Origin: an uncultured Actinomycetes bacterium
GTDB taxonomy: Bacteria; Actinomycetota; UBA4738; HRBIN12
Length of the DNA stretch: 64,000 nt
Assembly: GCA_963816425.1 (NCBI GenBank)
Contig: CAWFKP010000006.1
Location: 272,278-336,277, forward strand
Reading direction: 5' to 3'
Below the pieces are notes generated by a model. The model was not told the origin of the DNA. It did not search any database and was given only the letters and a program-made list of their open reading frames with translations. How positions within the stretch are numbered: position 1 is the first letter of the stretch; every line of letters starts with the position of its first letter. A program made the translations under genes and the position numbers. Shown here piece after piece: positions 40,628-49,007 of this stretch.

Positions 40628-41071
40628 ATGTGGGCGATGCGAACCCTCCGTCTGGCCGCCGTTGCATGCAGCTGCGCACTGGTCCTCGCCGCCTGTGCGT
40701 CGAGCTCGACGTCGGCCCCTTCCACGTCGGCCGCGATCTCCCTCTCCGATGGTGCGAGCGCCACACGGCTCGAGGTCACTGCGCCGCAGGGGGCGACGAT
40801 GACCGGTTTCCGGGAGACGACCCTCGAGGCGACGGCGGGCGCGGGGATCGAGGTCACGTTCAGGAACCAGGACAAGGGTGTCACGCACAACATCCAGCTC
40901 TTCGCGGGCACCTCGACCGTCGGCACGCCGCTCTGGGCTCCGTCCGACAACGCCATGATCACGGGGCGCGACGAGACCGTCTATGCGATACCGGCGCTCG
41001 CGCCCGGCCTGTACGCGTTCAACTGTTACGCCCATCCCGCGACGATGGTCGGGACGCTGACGGTCACCTGA
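40628..41071 (+). CDS. single-domain cupredoxin (blue copper) lipoprotein
   Basis: LAACAS lipobox; VTHNIQ ... NCYAHPATM (His, Cys-x2-His-x3-Met type-1 Cu ligands); 3' end of long track ORF 39191..41071. Confidence 0.75.
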   Translation: MWAMRTLRLAAVACSCALVLAACASSSTSAPSTSAAISLSDGASATRLEVTAPQGATMTGFRETTLEATAGAGIEVTFRNQDKGVTHNIQLFAGTSTVGTPLWAPSDNAMITGRDETVYAIPALAPGLYAFNCYAHPATMVGTLTVT

Positions 41072-41123
41072 CGTCGCCGATCGCAGGGGTAGGCTGCGGG
41101 ATCTGCGATCGAGGGAGCCGTGC

Positions 41124-42398
41124 ATGTCGTTCGAACCGCTGCGACCGGGTGAGGGGCCGGTCGTGGTGGTGGGCGGCGGGATCGTCGGCCTCTCATGCGC
41201 GTGGTTCCTGCGCGCGGCAGGCGCCGACGTGATCGTCTTCGAGGCCGCCGAACGTACGGGTGCCGGCGCCTCACGCGGGAACGCGGGCGCGATCTGCCCT
41301 TCGCTCGTCGAGCCGTTGGCCGCGCCCGGCATGGTCCGAACAGCGCTTGAGGATCTCCGGCGCCCGGACGCGGCGCTGTACGTCCATCCGGCCTTCATGC
41401 CGCAGATGGCAGGGTTCCTCATGCGATTCAGGCGCGCCGGCAAGGCGAGCGCCTACGACCGCGGCCTGCACGCGCTCGTGCAGCTGGCCCGTGGCGCGGC
41501 TGCCGCCCACGATCGGCTGGCCGAGTCCGGCATCGGGCTGCACACTCGTCGCGACGGCTACCTCGTCGTGTACCGCGAGCGAGATGCGGCGGCCGCTGCT
41601 CACGCACGCGTCGTCGGCATGGCGACGCTGGGTGTCTGCGCCGCGCCCGAGCCGCTCCTCGGCGCGGCGGCCCTCCGGGCCACGGAGCCGTTGCTCGGCG
41701 ACGAGGCGGTGGCCGGGTTCGTGATCCCGGGGGAGCGCTGGGCCGACCCGTCCTCCCTGCTCGACGATCTCACCGACGCCGCTCGCCGTGCCGGCATCGA
41801 GGTGCGCACGCATGCGCCCGTCACGGCGATCCACGATCTGGGCGATGGCGTCGAGCTCGACACGGCCAACTGCGCGGTCGCCGGCGCCGCGGTGGTCGTG
41901 GCCGCCGGCGTCTGGGCTCGCGACCTCGTCGCCCCGCTCGGCGTCAAGCTCACGATGCAGGCCGGGAAGGGCTACAGCTTCGCGCTTCATCCGGCGCGGA
42001 TGCCCGAGCGGCTGCTCGAGCTTGCCGACGCGCACGTGATGGCGACGCCGATGGGAAGCCGGCTGCGCATCGCCGGCACGATGGAGTTCGACGGCACGAC
42101 CGATCGGTTCCGTCCGGCGCGGATCGACGCGATCGTGCGCCGCCTCGCGCCGATCCTCCCTGCGGTCGATCTGTCGGCTCGCACGGAGGAGTGGGTGGGG
42201 CCTCGACCGATGACCCCCGACGGGCTCCCGATCCTCGGGCCGCTGGCCGGTCATCCGCGTGTCGTTCTCGCGACCGGTCACAACATGCTCGGGATGACGC
42301 TGGGGCCCGTCACCGGGCAGGTCGTGGCCGGTCTCGTCTGCGGTGACGGGCCCGGCATCGATCTCGCCCCGTTCGCACCGGCACGCTTCCGACGGTAG
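41124..42398 (+). CDS. FAD-dependent oxidoreductase (D-amino-acid dehydrogenase-like)
   Basis: VVVVGGGIVGLSCAWFL Rossmann motif; DadA/DAO-like length and composition. Confidence 0.75.
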   Translation: MSFEPLRPGEGPVVVVGGGIVGLSCAWFLRAAGADVIVFEAAERTGAGASRGNAGAICPSLVEPLAAPGMVRTALEDLRRPDAALYVHPAFMPQMAGFLMRFRRAGKASAYDRGLHALVQLARGAAAAHDRLAESGIGLHTRRDGYLVVYRERDAAAAAHARVVGMATLGVCAAPEPLLGAAALRATEPLLGDEAVAGFVIPGERWADPSSLLDDLTDAARRAGIEVRTHAPVTAIHDLGDGVELDTANCAVAGAAVVVAAGVWARDLVAPLGVKLTMQAGKGYSFALHPARMPERLLELADAHVMATPMGSRLRIAGTMEFDGTTDRFRPARIDAIVRRLAPILPAVDLSARTEEWVGPRPMTPDGLPILGPLAGHPRVVLATGHNMLGMTLGPVTGQVVAGLVCGDGPGIDLAPFAPARFRR

Positions 42399-42438
42399 CC
42401 TCGGGCGACGCGGTGCCCCCGCGACGGGACGACTCGGC

Positions 42439-43170
42439 TCAGTGGCCGCTGTTGCCGTGCGTCCCGCTGTTGCCGTGGGTCCCGCTGTTGCCGTGCGTCC
42501 CGCTGTTGCCGTGCGAAGCTTGCTTCGCGGCCTTGGCGGCGTCGTGCGCGGCCTGTCGATCGGCCTTGGCCGCCTCGCGCGCCGCCGCCGCCTCGTCGTG
42601 TGCCGCATCGTGCAGGGCCTTGCGCTCCTGGTTGGCCAGCAGATGCTCGAGCGCGTTGACGAGCCCGGGTGCCTGCGGGTTCTTGATGCAGTTGGCGAGC
42701 ACGTGGCTGATCGCGTTGTCCAGCCCGGTGACAGTCGCCGAGGTCTCGGTGCTCGGCGCGGCGGTGGGATCGATGCCCGCCGCGGTGTTGCACTCCGCCT
42801 CGCGATCGACCGGGGGCGTGTCGGTGACCGTCGGAGCCTCGGTCTCGGTCTCCACCGGGTCGGGGGCCTCTGCATCGCCGGCGTCGTCCTCGCATGTCGG
42901 GTCCGGCTGGAGCGAGGGGTCGGTGACGGGATCCGTCTGCTCGTCCCCAGAATCCTCCGAGGGGTCGACCGATCGATCGACGGACGGGTCGACCGACGGA
43001 TCGACGGACGGGTCGCCCGAGGGGTCGACCGACGGCTGCACGCTGCAGCTGGGGTCCGGGGCCGGATCCGTGCCGGTCGAGGCCAACGCGGCCCCGGCGC
43101 CGAGGACCAGGGCGAGTGTGGCGAGGGCTGCGAGGAGACGGAGGCGCGTTGACGTCATCATGCGAACCAT
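42439..43170 (-). CDS. secreted low-complexity repeat protein (VDPS repeats; C-terminal HGNSGT x4)
   Basis: Internal ATG (MVRMMTSTRLRLLAALATLALVLGAGAALA signal peptide) of track ORF 42439..43332. Confidence 0.55.
   Translation of the reverse strand: MVRMMTSTRLRLLAALATLALVLGAGAALASTGTDPAPDPSCSVQPSVDPSGDPSVDPSVDPSVDRSVDPSEDSGDEQTDPVTDPSLQPDPTCEDDAGDAEAPDPVETETEAPTVTDTPPVDREAECNTAAGIDPTAAPSTETSATVTGLDNAISHVLANCIKNPQAPGLVNALEHLLANQERKALHDAAHDEAAAAREAAKADRQAAHDAAKAAKQASHGNSGTHGNSGTHGNSGTHGNSGH
42445..42516 (-). repeat. 18-bp tandem repeat x4 (CCCGCTGTTGCCGTGCGT) encoding HGNSGT units
   Basis: Four consecutive near-identical 18-mers read directly; in frame within gene 42439..43170. Confidence 0.7.
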
Positions 43171-43220
43171 ATCGGCCGATCCAACGGTAGCCCTTGAGGA
43201 CCAGTTCGCTCCGCCGCGTT

Positions 43221-46200
43221 TCATCGATTGAACCAGCGACGCTTCGATTCGTCCTCGGCGGTGTGGTCGTCGACGTCCGCAGGCGAAGGGGTCGTGGGAT
43301 CGGGAGCCGGAGCCGACCAGGGCTCCGACCATGGCCCAGGCTCGATCACCGGGCTCTCTGACGGCGACGGCGCTTCCGCGGCGGGTGGCTCGGGCTCGAG
43401 TGTGGGCTCTTCCGCGGCGGGTGGCCCGAGCATGGGCTCGTCGGGCACCGGGGTTTCATCCGAGGCTGCCACGTCGCTTGGTTCCCCGATGGGGATCTCG
43501 TCAGGAGCCGTCGTCTCTGGCGCAGGCGTCGCTGCCTGCTCCTCCGGCAACGTCTCAACAACGGCCGGCCCGGCGATCGCGCTAGCCTGGGCGGTCGCCC
43601 CACGTCGCTCGAACAGCCGGAGCGCTCGCTTCTCGAACGGCTCGGCCTCCGACGGACGCCCGGCCCGACGCCGGACGTCGGCCGCGTCCAACAACGCGGT
43701 GGCGCGAAGCGCAGTGGAGTCCGTCTGCTCGGCAAGGCTCAACGCTTCGCGTACCAGGCGTTCGGCGAGCGCGCCTCGGCCGCGTCGCACCATCACGCGA
43801 GCCCGAGCCATGCGCCATCCCACCTGCGTGGTGATGTCGCGCGCGTGCGCCTCCGCGACGTCGGCCAGCGCCAGCGCCTCGTCGAGCCGTTCCTCGTCTC
43901 TGATCAAGATGTGCGCGAACGAGGCCGCCAACGCGGCGCGAAGCGCGTCGTCGCGCGCGTGGGCCGCCGCGGCGAGCGCCCGTTGCATCTGTGGCTCGCC
44001 GGCGGCCGGCTGTCCGGTGAGGATCTCGATCTGCGCCGCTCGATACAAGGCCACGGCAAGGTCTCCGTAGGCGCCCAGCTCCTCGAGCGCCGCGATCGAC
44101 GCGATGATGTCCGAGCGTGCGGTGTCGAATGCGGAACGGCGCGCCCGCAAGAGTGCCAACGCGCCGCGGATGTCGTGCTCGGCCAACGATCCGCGAACGC
44201 GGGGCAGGAAGGAGATGCAGCGCGCCTCCGCTTCCTCCACGGGCACGGGGCCGTCGAGGAGCGCCGCCGCCGCGCCCCGAAGCGCCGACGTCTCCTCGCG
44301 CCACCGTTCGGCGGCTGCCGCGTTGTCGGCCGCCTTCATCAGGTCGTCGGCGACCATCCCGTTCTGCGCCCGTCCCATGTGCACGAGGCCGCGAAGGGCC
44401 CACGCCTTGGACAACGCCCACCCGAGGTCGTCCTCGGCGAAGGCCGCGATCGCTTCGTCGGCGGTCGCCCGGGCGCCCTCGAGAGCATCTTCGTGGCCGG
44501 CCGTCGTACGCAGGCGGGCGCGCAGGAGCCGGACGCGCCAATCGACATCGTCGCCGGCAACCGAGGACGCAAGGGCGGCCTCGGCGATCTCGCGATCTGC
44601 CGGACGTCCGGGCGCCGCGCCCGAGCCGTGCTCGGCCGCCAGATAGAGCAGCTCGGCGCGGCGAACGGGGTCGTGATCGAGCAGCGCCGCGGCCCGTCGC
44701 TCCAGCCGCGCGGCCCCGTCGAGATCGTCGTGCTCGACCGCCGCGGACGCCGACCACGCCAGCATCTCGAGCGCGTCGTTGCGCACGTCCGGCGCCGTGT
44801 CCGGCCGGAGCCGGCAGCTGGCTTCGAGGTGATCGCCCACCGCGCCGGCGTGACGCCAGAGGCGTTCGCCGGCGACCCGCTCGAGATCGCGCGCGACGCG
44901 CTCGTGCGCCGTCGCCTGCGCCCAATCGGGCACCCCGGCGAGGGTCGCCTGGGCGAGCAGCGGATGCCGGAAGCGGAAGGTCGTCGGGGTCTCGATCAGG
45001 AGATACCCGCGAGCAACGAGATCGGCGAGATGGGCTGGGGCGCCCGCACGGGCCTCCGGAGGCAGGACATCGAGCAATGGCTCGGCGGCGAACCGCTCGC
45101 CGGCGACCGCCGCCATGCCGATCACCGCCAACTCCTGCGCGGGAAGGGTCTGGAGGCGCTGGCGGATCAGAGCGATCGGCGTGTCGGGCATCGGCACCTG
45201 CGCGAGGTCCGCCAGCGGCATCCAGCGGCCCTGGCCGGGCGCCAGCGTCCCCGTCTCCGTCAGCAACGCGAGGGCCTGCTCGATCGCGAACGGATTCCCA
45301 CCCGCGCGCGCGGCGACGCCGGCGGCGACCCCGGGCTCCGCGGCGCCGAGGAGCTTGCCGACGAGCATCGCCGCATCGTCGGGACCGAGCGGTGCGACCC
45401 GCATGGTCGGCACACCGTCCACGTCACCGGTCGACGTGAGGACGATCAACAGTGGCGCGTCGCGCGCGGCCGTCGTGACGTCGCTCAGAAGCCGCACGAA
45501 TCCCGCCCCGACGCGGTCCGCGTCGTCGATCTGGACCAGCGTGGCGGTCTCCACGGAGACCTCGACCAGTCGCCGGAGCACCCACCGAAGGAGATCCGGA
45601 TCCGGTGCCCCGTCGAGGGCGAGGATCGCGCACAGCTCCGGCAGGATCCGGTCCGCGTCGGCGTGCCCGTCGAAGAGCTCGGCCAGGCGGTCGCGGACGT
45701 CGGCGGGCGGCGCAAGGGCATCGAGCCCCGTGAGGGCCTCGACGAGATCGGCCAGCGGCCAGCGGGCGCCACCGAGGTCGGCGGGCGCGCAGGCGATCGT
45801 GCGGTGTCGCACGTCATCGACCGACCGAGCGAGCTCGGCAACGAGCCGGGTCTTGCCGACGCCGGATTCGCCGGCGACCACGAGGCAGGAGGCTCGCCGC
45901 TCGGTGGTGGCCCGTTCGAAGCGGGTCCGAAGGTCATCGAGCTGCCCGTCGCGGCCCACCAGCGGACCGTCCCATCGCGCGGTGGGCTGGAGTGCGGGCG
46001 CCGGTGTCGCGCTCGGCTCGGCGGCGACGGTCGGCGCCGGCTCAGGAACATGCGCGGGAACCGGCTCCGAAAAAGGTGCGAAGACCTCGTCAGCCGGCGC
46101 GGGAGTCGGCTCGGCGACGGCGACCGGATCGGGGGCGGTCGCCGGCGACGGCTCCGGAGCCACCGGCACGATCTCCCGCGCGATCGCTGGCTGGGGCTCT

Positions 46201-46793
46201 GTCGTGACGACGACCGGCTCCTCGAACAGCACCGGCGTGATCGACGGGGGCGCCGCGACCGCCTGCGGTGGGGCCGAGACCGGGTCGGGCACCGCAGACA
46301 GGTCACGAACGCCCGTGAGCAGCAGGTACGTCTCGTCACCGACCCGGAGCGCCTCAGTGGCCGCGCCGCCATCGGTCAGGTGCTCCATCGTGTCGCCGGC
46401 GATCACCTCGCCGGAGCGCGCGGCCTTCTGCAGCCGGACGGCGCTGTCGATCACCTGCTGCCAGCGCGCGTCCTGCTCCTGCTTCGAGTGCACCTCTGTG
46501 GCATCGATGCCCAGCCGGAGCGCGGGCGCGGTGGCCTGCGCCTGGAGCCCCAGTTGCACCGCGTGCATCGCGGCCCGGTCGCTCGGCGGCAGGAGCGCGA
46601 TCAGCGTGGCGGGCGCGTCGGGCGAGCCTTCGAACACCGCGCCCGCCGCTTCGAACAGACCCCCGACGAGCTCCAACACCTCGTACACGGACTTGCCCGT
46701 CATGCCCGCCGCGACCGCCGCGAACATCGGGAAGCTCACCGGCGCCTCGGCAGGCGGTGTCGTCCCGGCGACGTCTGCGGCGGGGCTATCCAT
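43221..46793 (-). CDS. large regulator-like protein: degenerate adenylyl/guanylyl-cyclase-like N-domain + STAND/AAA ATPase (Walker A GESGVGKT) + TPR-like repeats + acidic Pro-rich tail; no HTH found
   Basis: Track ORF 43221..46859; alternative start ATG ~46793 (MDSPAADVAG) reduces overlap with pilT to ~8 nt; architecture resembles mycobacterial cyclase/ATPase/TPR LuxR-family proteins but lacks the C-terminal HTH. Confidence 0.6.
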   Translation of the reverse strand: MDSPAADVAGTTPPAEAPVSFPMFAAVAAGMTGKSVYEVLELVGGLFEAAGAVFEGSPDAPATLIALLPPSDRAAMHAVQLGLQAQATAPALRLGIDATEVHSKQEQDARWQQVIDSAVRLQKAARSGEVIAGDTMEHLTDGGAATEALRVGDETYLLLTGVRDLSAVPDPVSAPPQAVAAPPSITPVLFEEPVVVTTEPQPAIAREIVPVAPEPSPATAPDPVAVAEPTPAPADEVFAPFSEPVPAHVPEPAPTVAAEPSATPAPALQPTARWDGPLVGRDGQLDDLRTRFERATTERRASCLVVAGESGVGKTRLVAELARSVDDVRHRTIACAPADLGGARWPLADLVEALTGLDALAPPADVRDRLAELFDGHADADRILPELCAILALDGAPDPDLLRWVLRRLVEVSVETATLVQIDDADRVGAGFVRLLSDVTTAARDAPLLIVLTSTGDVDGVPTMRVAPLGPDDAAMLVGKLLGAAEPGVAAGVAARAGGNPFAIEQALALLTETGTLAPGQGRWMPLADLAQVPMPDTPIALIRQRLQTLPAQELAVIGMAAVAGERFAAEPLLDVLPPEARAGAPAHLADLVARGYLLIETPTTFRFRHPLLAQATLAGVPDWAQATAHERVARDLERVAGERLWRHAGAVGDHLEASCRLRPDTAPDVRNDALEMLAWSASAAVEHDDLDGAARLERRAAALLDHDPVRRAELLYLAAEHGSGAAPGRPADREIAEAALASSVAGDDVDWRVRLLRARLRTTAGHEDALEGARATADEAIAAFAEDDLGWALSKAWALRGLVHMGRAQNGMVADDLMKAADNAAAAERWREETSALRGAAAALLDGPVPVEEAEARCISFLPRVRGSLAEHDIRGALALLRARRSAFDTARSDIIASIAALEELGAYGDLAVALYRAAQIEILTGQPAAGEPQMQRALAAAAHARDDALRAALAASFAHILIRDEERLDEALALADVAEAHARDITTQVGWRMARARVMVRRGRGALAERLVREALSLAEQTDSTALRATALLDAADVRRRAGRPSEAEPFEKRALRLFERRGATAQASAIAGPAVVETLPEEQAATPAPETTAPDEIPIGEPSDVAASDETPVPDEPMLGPPAAEEPTLEPEPPAAEAPSPSESPVIEPGPWSEPWSAPAPDPTTPSPADVDDHTAEDESKRRWFNR

Positions 46794-47874
46794 CCGTGCG
46801 GCTCCCGGCGCCGGCGGCGTCGACCAGCGCGAGGGAGAAGTCGTGCGGACTCGTTGCAACTGCCCGCGCGTCCTCCTCGGTCACGAGGCCCTCACGCGCC
46901 AGATCCAGCAGCGACTGGTCGAAGGTCTGCATGCCGTCGTAGCGGCTGTCGGCGATGACGGCGTGCATCGGCGGATCCAGTTCCGGATCGAGGATCCGGT
47001 CATAGACCCGGCCTGTGTTCAACATGACCTCGACGGCCGGGACCCTGCCGCGGCCGTCGGCACGCTCGAGGAGCCGCTGGGAGATCACGCCGCGCAACGC
47101 GCCGGCGACGGAGACCCGCATCTGATCCTGCTGATTCGGCGGGAACATCTCGACGATCCGCGAGATCGTCTCGGGAGCGTCGATCGTGTGCATCGTCGAC
47201 ATCACGAGGTGGCCCGTCTGGGCGGCTTGGATGGCTGCGAGCGCCGTCTCCTGGTCGCGGATCTCCCCCAGGAAGATCACATCCGGGTCCTGGCGGAGCG
47301 ACTGTCGCAGCGCCGCGCCGTAGGACTCCGTGTCTCGACCGACCTCTCGCTGGCGGATCACCGACATCGCATCCGTGAACACCACCTCGATCGGATCCTC
47401 GATCGTCACGATGTGCGCACGCCGGGTTCGATTGATGAACCCGAGCAGCGTCGCGATCGTGGTGGTCTTGCCCGATCCGGTCGGACCCGTCACGAGGATC
47501 AGGCCGCGCCGCGTGTCCGCCAACGACCGGATCACGGTTGGCAACGACAGCTCTTCGAACGTCAGGTCCTCCGGGCTGACCCATCGGATCGCGAGCCCGA
47601 CGGTGTCCGATTGCCGCAAGACGTTGACGCGGAATCGCCCGACGCCCTCCATCGTGTACGCGAAGTCGGCCTCACGTGTGTTCGCGAATTCCTCCGCCTT
47701 GTGCGGCGGCATCAACGCGTCGGCGAACTGCCGCGCGTCGGTGGGTGTGAGTTCCGCGAACGGGGTCGGCAGCAGCTCGCCGTCCACCCTGATGAAGGGC
47801 ACATTGCCCGCCTTCAGATGGACATCACTCGCGCGCCGCTCGACCGCATACCGCAGTAATTCCGCAGGGTCCAT
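46786..47874 (-). CDS. pilT: type IV pilus retraction ATPase PilT/PilU family
   Basis: Walker A GPTGSGKTTT; PilT signature body (..AIQAAQTGHLVMSTMHT..); track ORF. Confidence 0.85.
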   Translation of the reverse strand: MDPAELLRYAVERRASDVHLKAGNVPFIRVDGELLPTPFAELTPTDARQFADALMPPHKAEEFANTREADFAYTMEGVGRFRVNVLRQSDTVGLAIRWVSPEDLTFEELSLPTVIRSLADTRRGLILVTGPTGSGKTTTIATLLGFINRTRRAHIVTIEDPIEVVFTDAMSVIRQREVGRDTESYGAALRQSLRQDPDVIFLGEIRDQETALAAIQAAQTGHLVMSTMHTIDAPETISRIVEMFPPNQQDQMRVSVAGALRGVISQRLLERADGRGRVPAVEVMLNTGRVYDRILDPELDPPMHAVIADSRYDGMQTFDQSLLDLAREGLVTEEDARAVATSPHDFSLALVDAAGAGSRTDG

Positions 47875-47994
47875 CCCCGAGACCTTCCGAACAGGTTCCT
47901 GCGGAAGGCTTCGACCATCCGGGAGATCGCTTGAGCACGCGGGGACCGGCCGTGGCCCACCGTGCTCGGATCATCTGCAGCGCAAGAGCGCCAA

Positions 47995-48921
47995 CTACGG
48001 CGCGCGGTACGCCTGCCAGGCGGCCTGCATCCTGACCGCCTGGTCGGGTGTGAACTGGAACATGCACGAGTCGAACGTGTAGTCCATGAAATTGGTGATC
48101 GGGTCCAGACCGGCCGCCGCGCAGGTGTCTCGCCCTTTCGGGCACTCGAAGGCGGCCGAGGCCTCGGCCGGCGTGTCGTCGATGAGATCGCCGTCGCCGT
48201 TGCAACCGCCATCGAAGGTGTGCAACAGATCGAGCCAGTGCCCGACCTCGTGCGTCGTGGTGTCGCCCCCGCTGTAGTGGGGGCCCCAGCCGCCGCCGGG
48301 CAGCGACTTGTAGTGCACGACCACGCCGTCGAGTACGCCGACGCTGGCGGCGTCCTGCGCGAGGTAGGCCCACCCGAGCAACGAGTTGCCGAGGTCGGCC
48401 GAGTAGATGTTGAGCGTCTCGGGGCCGCCGACCTTCAGCGCGGCCTTGATCTTCTTCTCTTTGCCGCCGTTGAGCTTGAACCAGCTCGCGTTCGTCGTGC
48501 GGTCGATCGACAGGAGTGAGAACTGGAAGCCCGTGTCGGCTCCGCCGGTCGAGCCTCCGTAGGAGGCGTTGAGGACCTCGACCTGTCGGCGGATCTGATG
48601 ACCGGTGACGTTGCCGCCCGCCGACGTGAGGTCCGCACGGATCACGTGGAATGCGACGGGCACGGTGACCGGCGACGCGGTGACGGCCGCCGCCGCCGAG
48701 GCTTCGGCACCCGGGTGGCGGGTCAGCCACCGTGTAAGCCGGTCGGCACCGGCCGCGGCGACCACGTCGCGGGTCATGTGGCCCTCTGTCCGAGCGATCT
48801 CGCCGGTGCGCTGCAGGCACGTGGTGCCACGATCGATCGGCCGGGCGCCGGCGACCGGCGCGGCGGACAGGACGATCAACCCTGCGGCGCACACGGCCGC
48901 GATCCGTGCGGACAGACGCAT
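47995..48921 (-). CDS. secreted zinc metalloprotease, M43 (pappalysin/ulilysin-like) family
   Basis: Signal peptide; HEVGHWLDLLHTFDGG (HExxHxxGxxH + downstream Met-turn family). Confidence 0.75.
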   Translation of the reverse strand: MRLSARIAAVCAAGLIVLSAAPVAGARPIDRGTTCLQRTGEIARTEGHMTRDVVAAAGADRLTRWLTRHPGAEASAAAAVTASPVTVPVAFHVIRADLTSAGGNVTGHQIRRQVEVLNASYGGSTGGADTGFQFSLLSIDRTTNASWFKLNGGKEKKIKAALKVGGPETLNIYSADLGNSLLGWAYLAQDAASVGVLDGVVVHYKSLPGGGWGPHYSGGDTTTHEVGHWLDLLHTFDGGCNGDGDLIDDTPAEASAAFECPKGRDTCAAAGLDPITNFMDYTFDSCMFQFTPDQAVRMQAAWQAYRAP

Positions 48922-49007
48922 TCGTTCCCCTCCCTGGGTCGTGATCGCCCGAGTCTACGCAGCGACCGACCGACCGCGGTATCCGTCGGAAGGCGGTAGG
49001 CCGACCC

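Noticed and set aside
39191-41071. 626-aa plus-strand ORF
   Set aside because: Only the last 147 codons (cupredoxin lipoprotein, 40628..41071) have protein-like composition. Upstream part is antisense to the MBL hydrolase gene.
43845-46958. 1037-aa plus-strand ORF antisense to the STAND/TPR gene
   Set aside because: Low-complexity Arg/Gly-rich shadow ORF; the minus-strand product has Walker A and TPR features.
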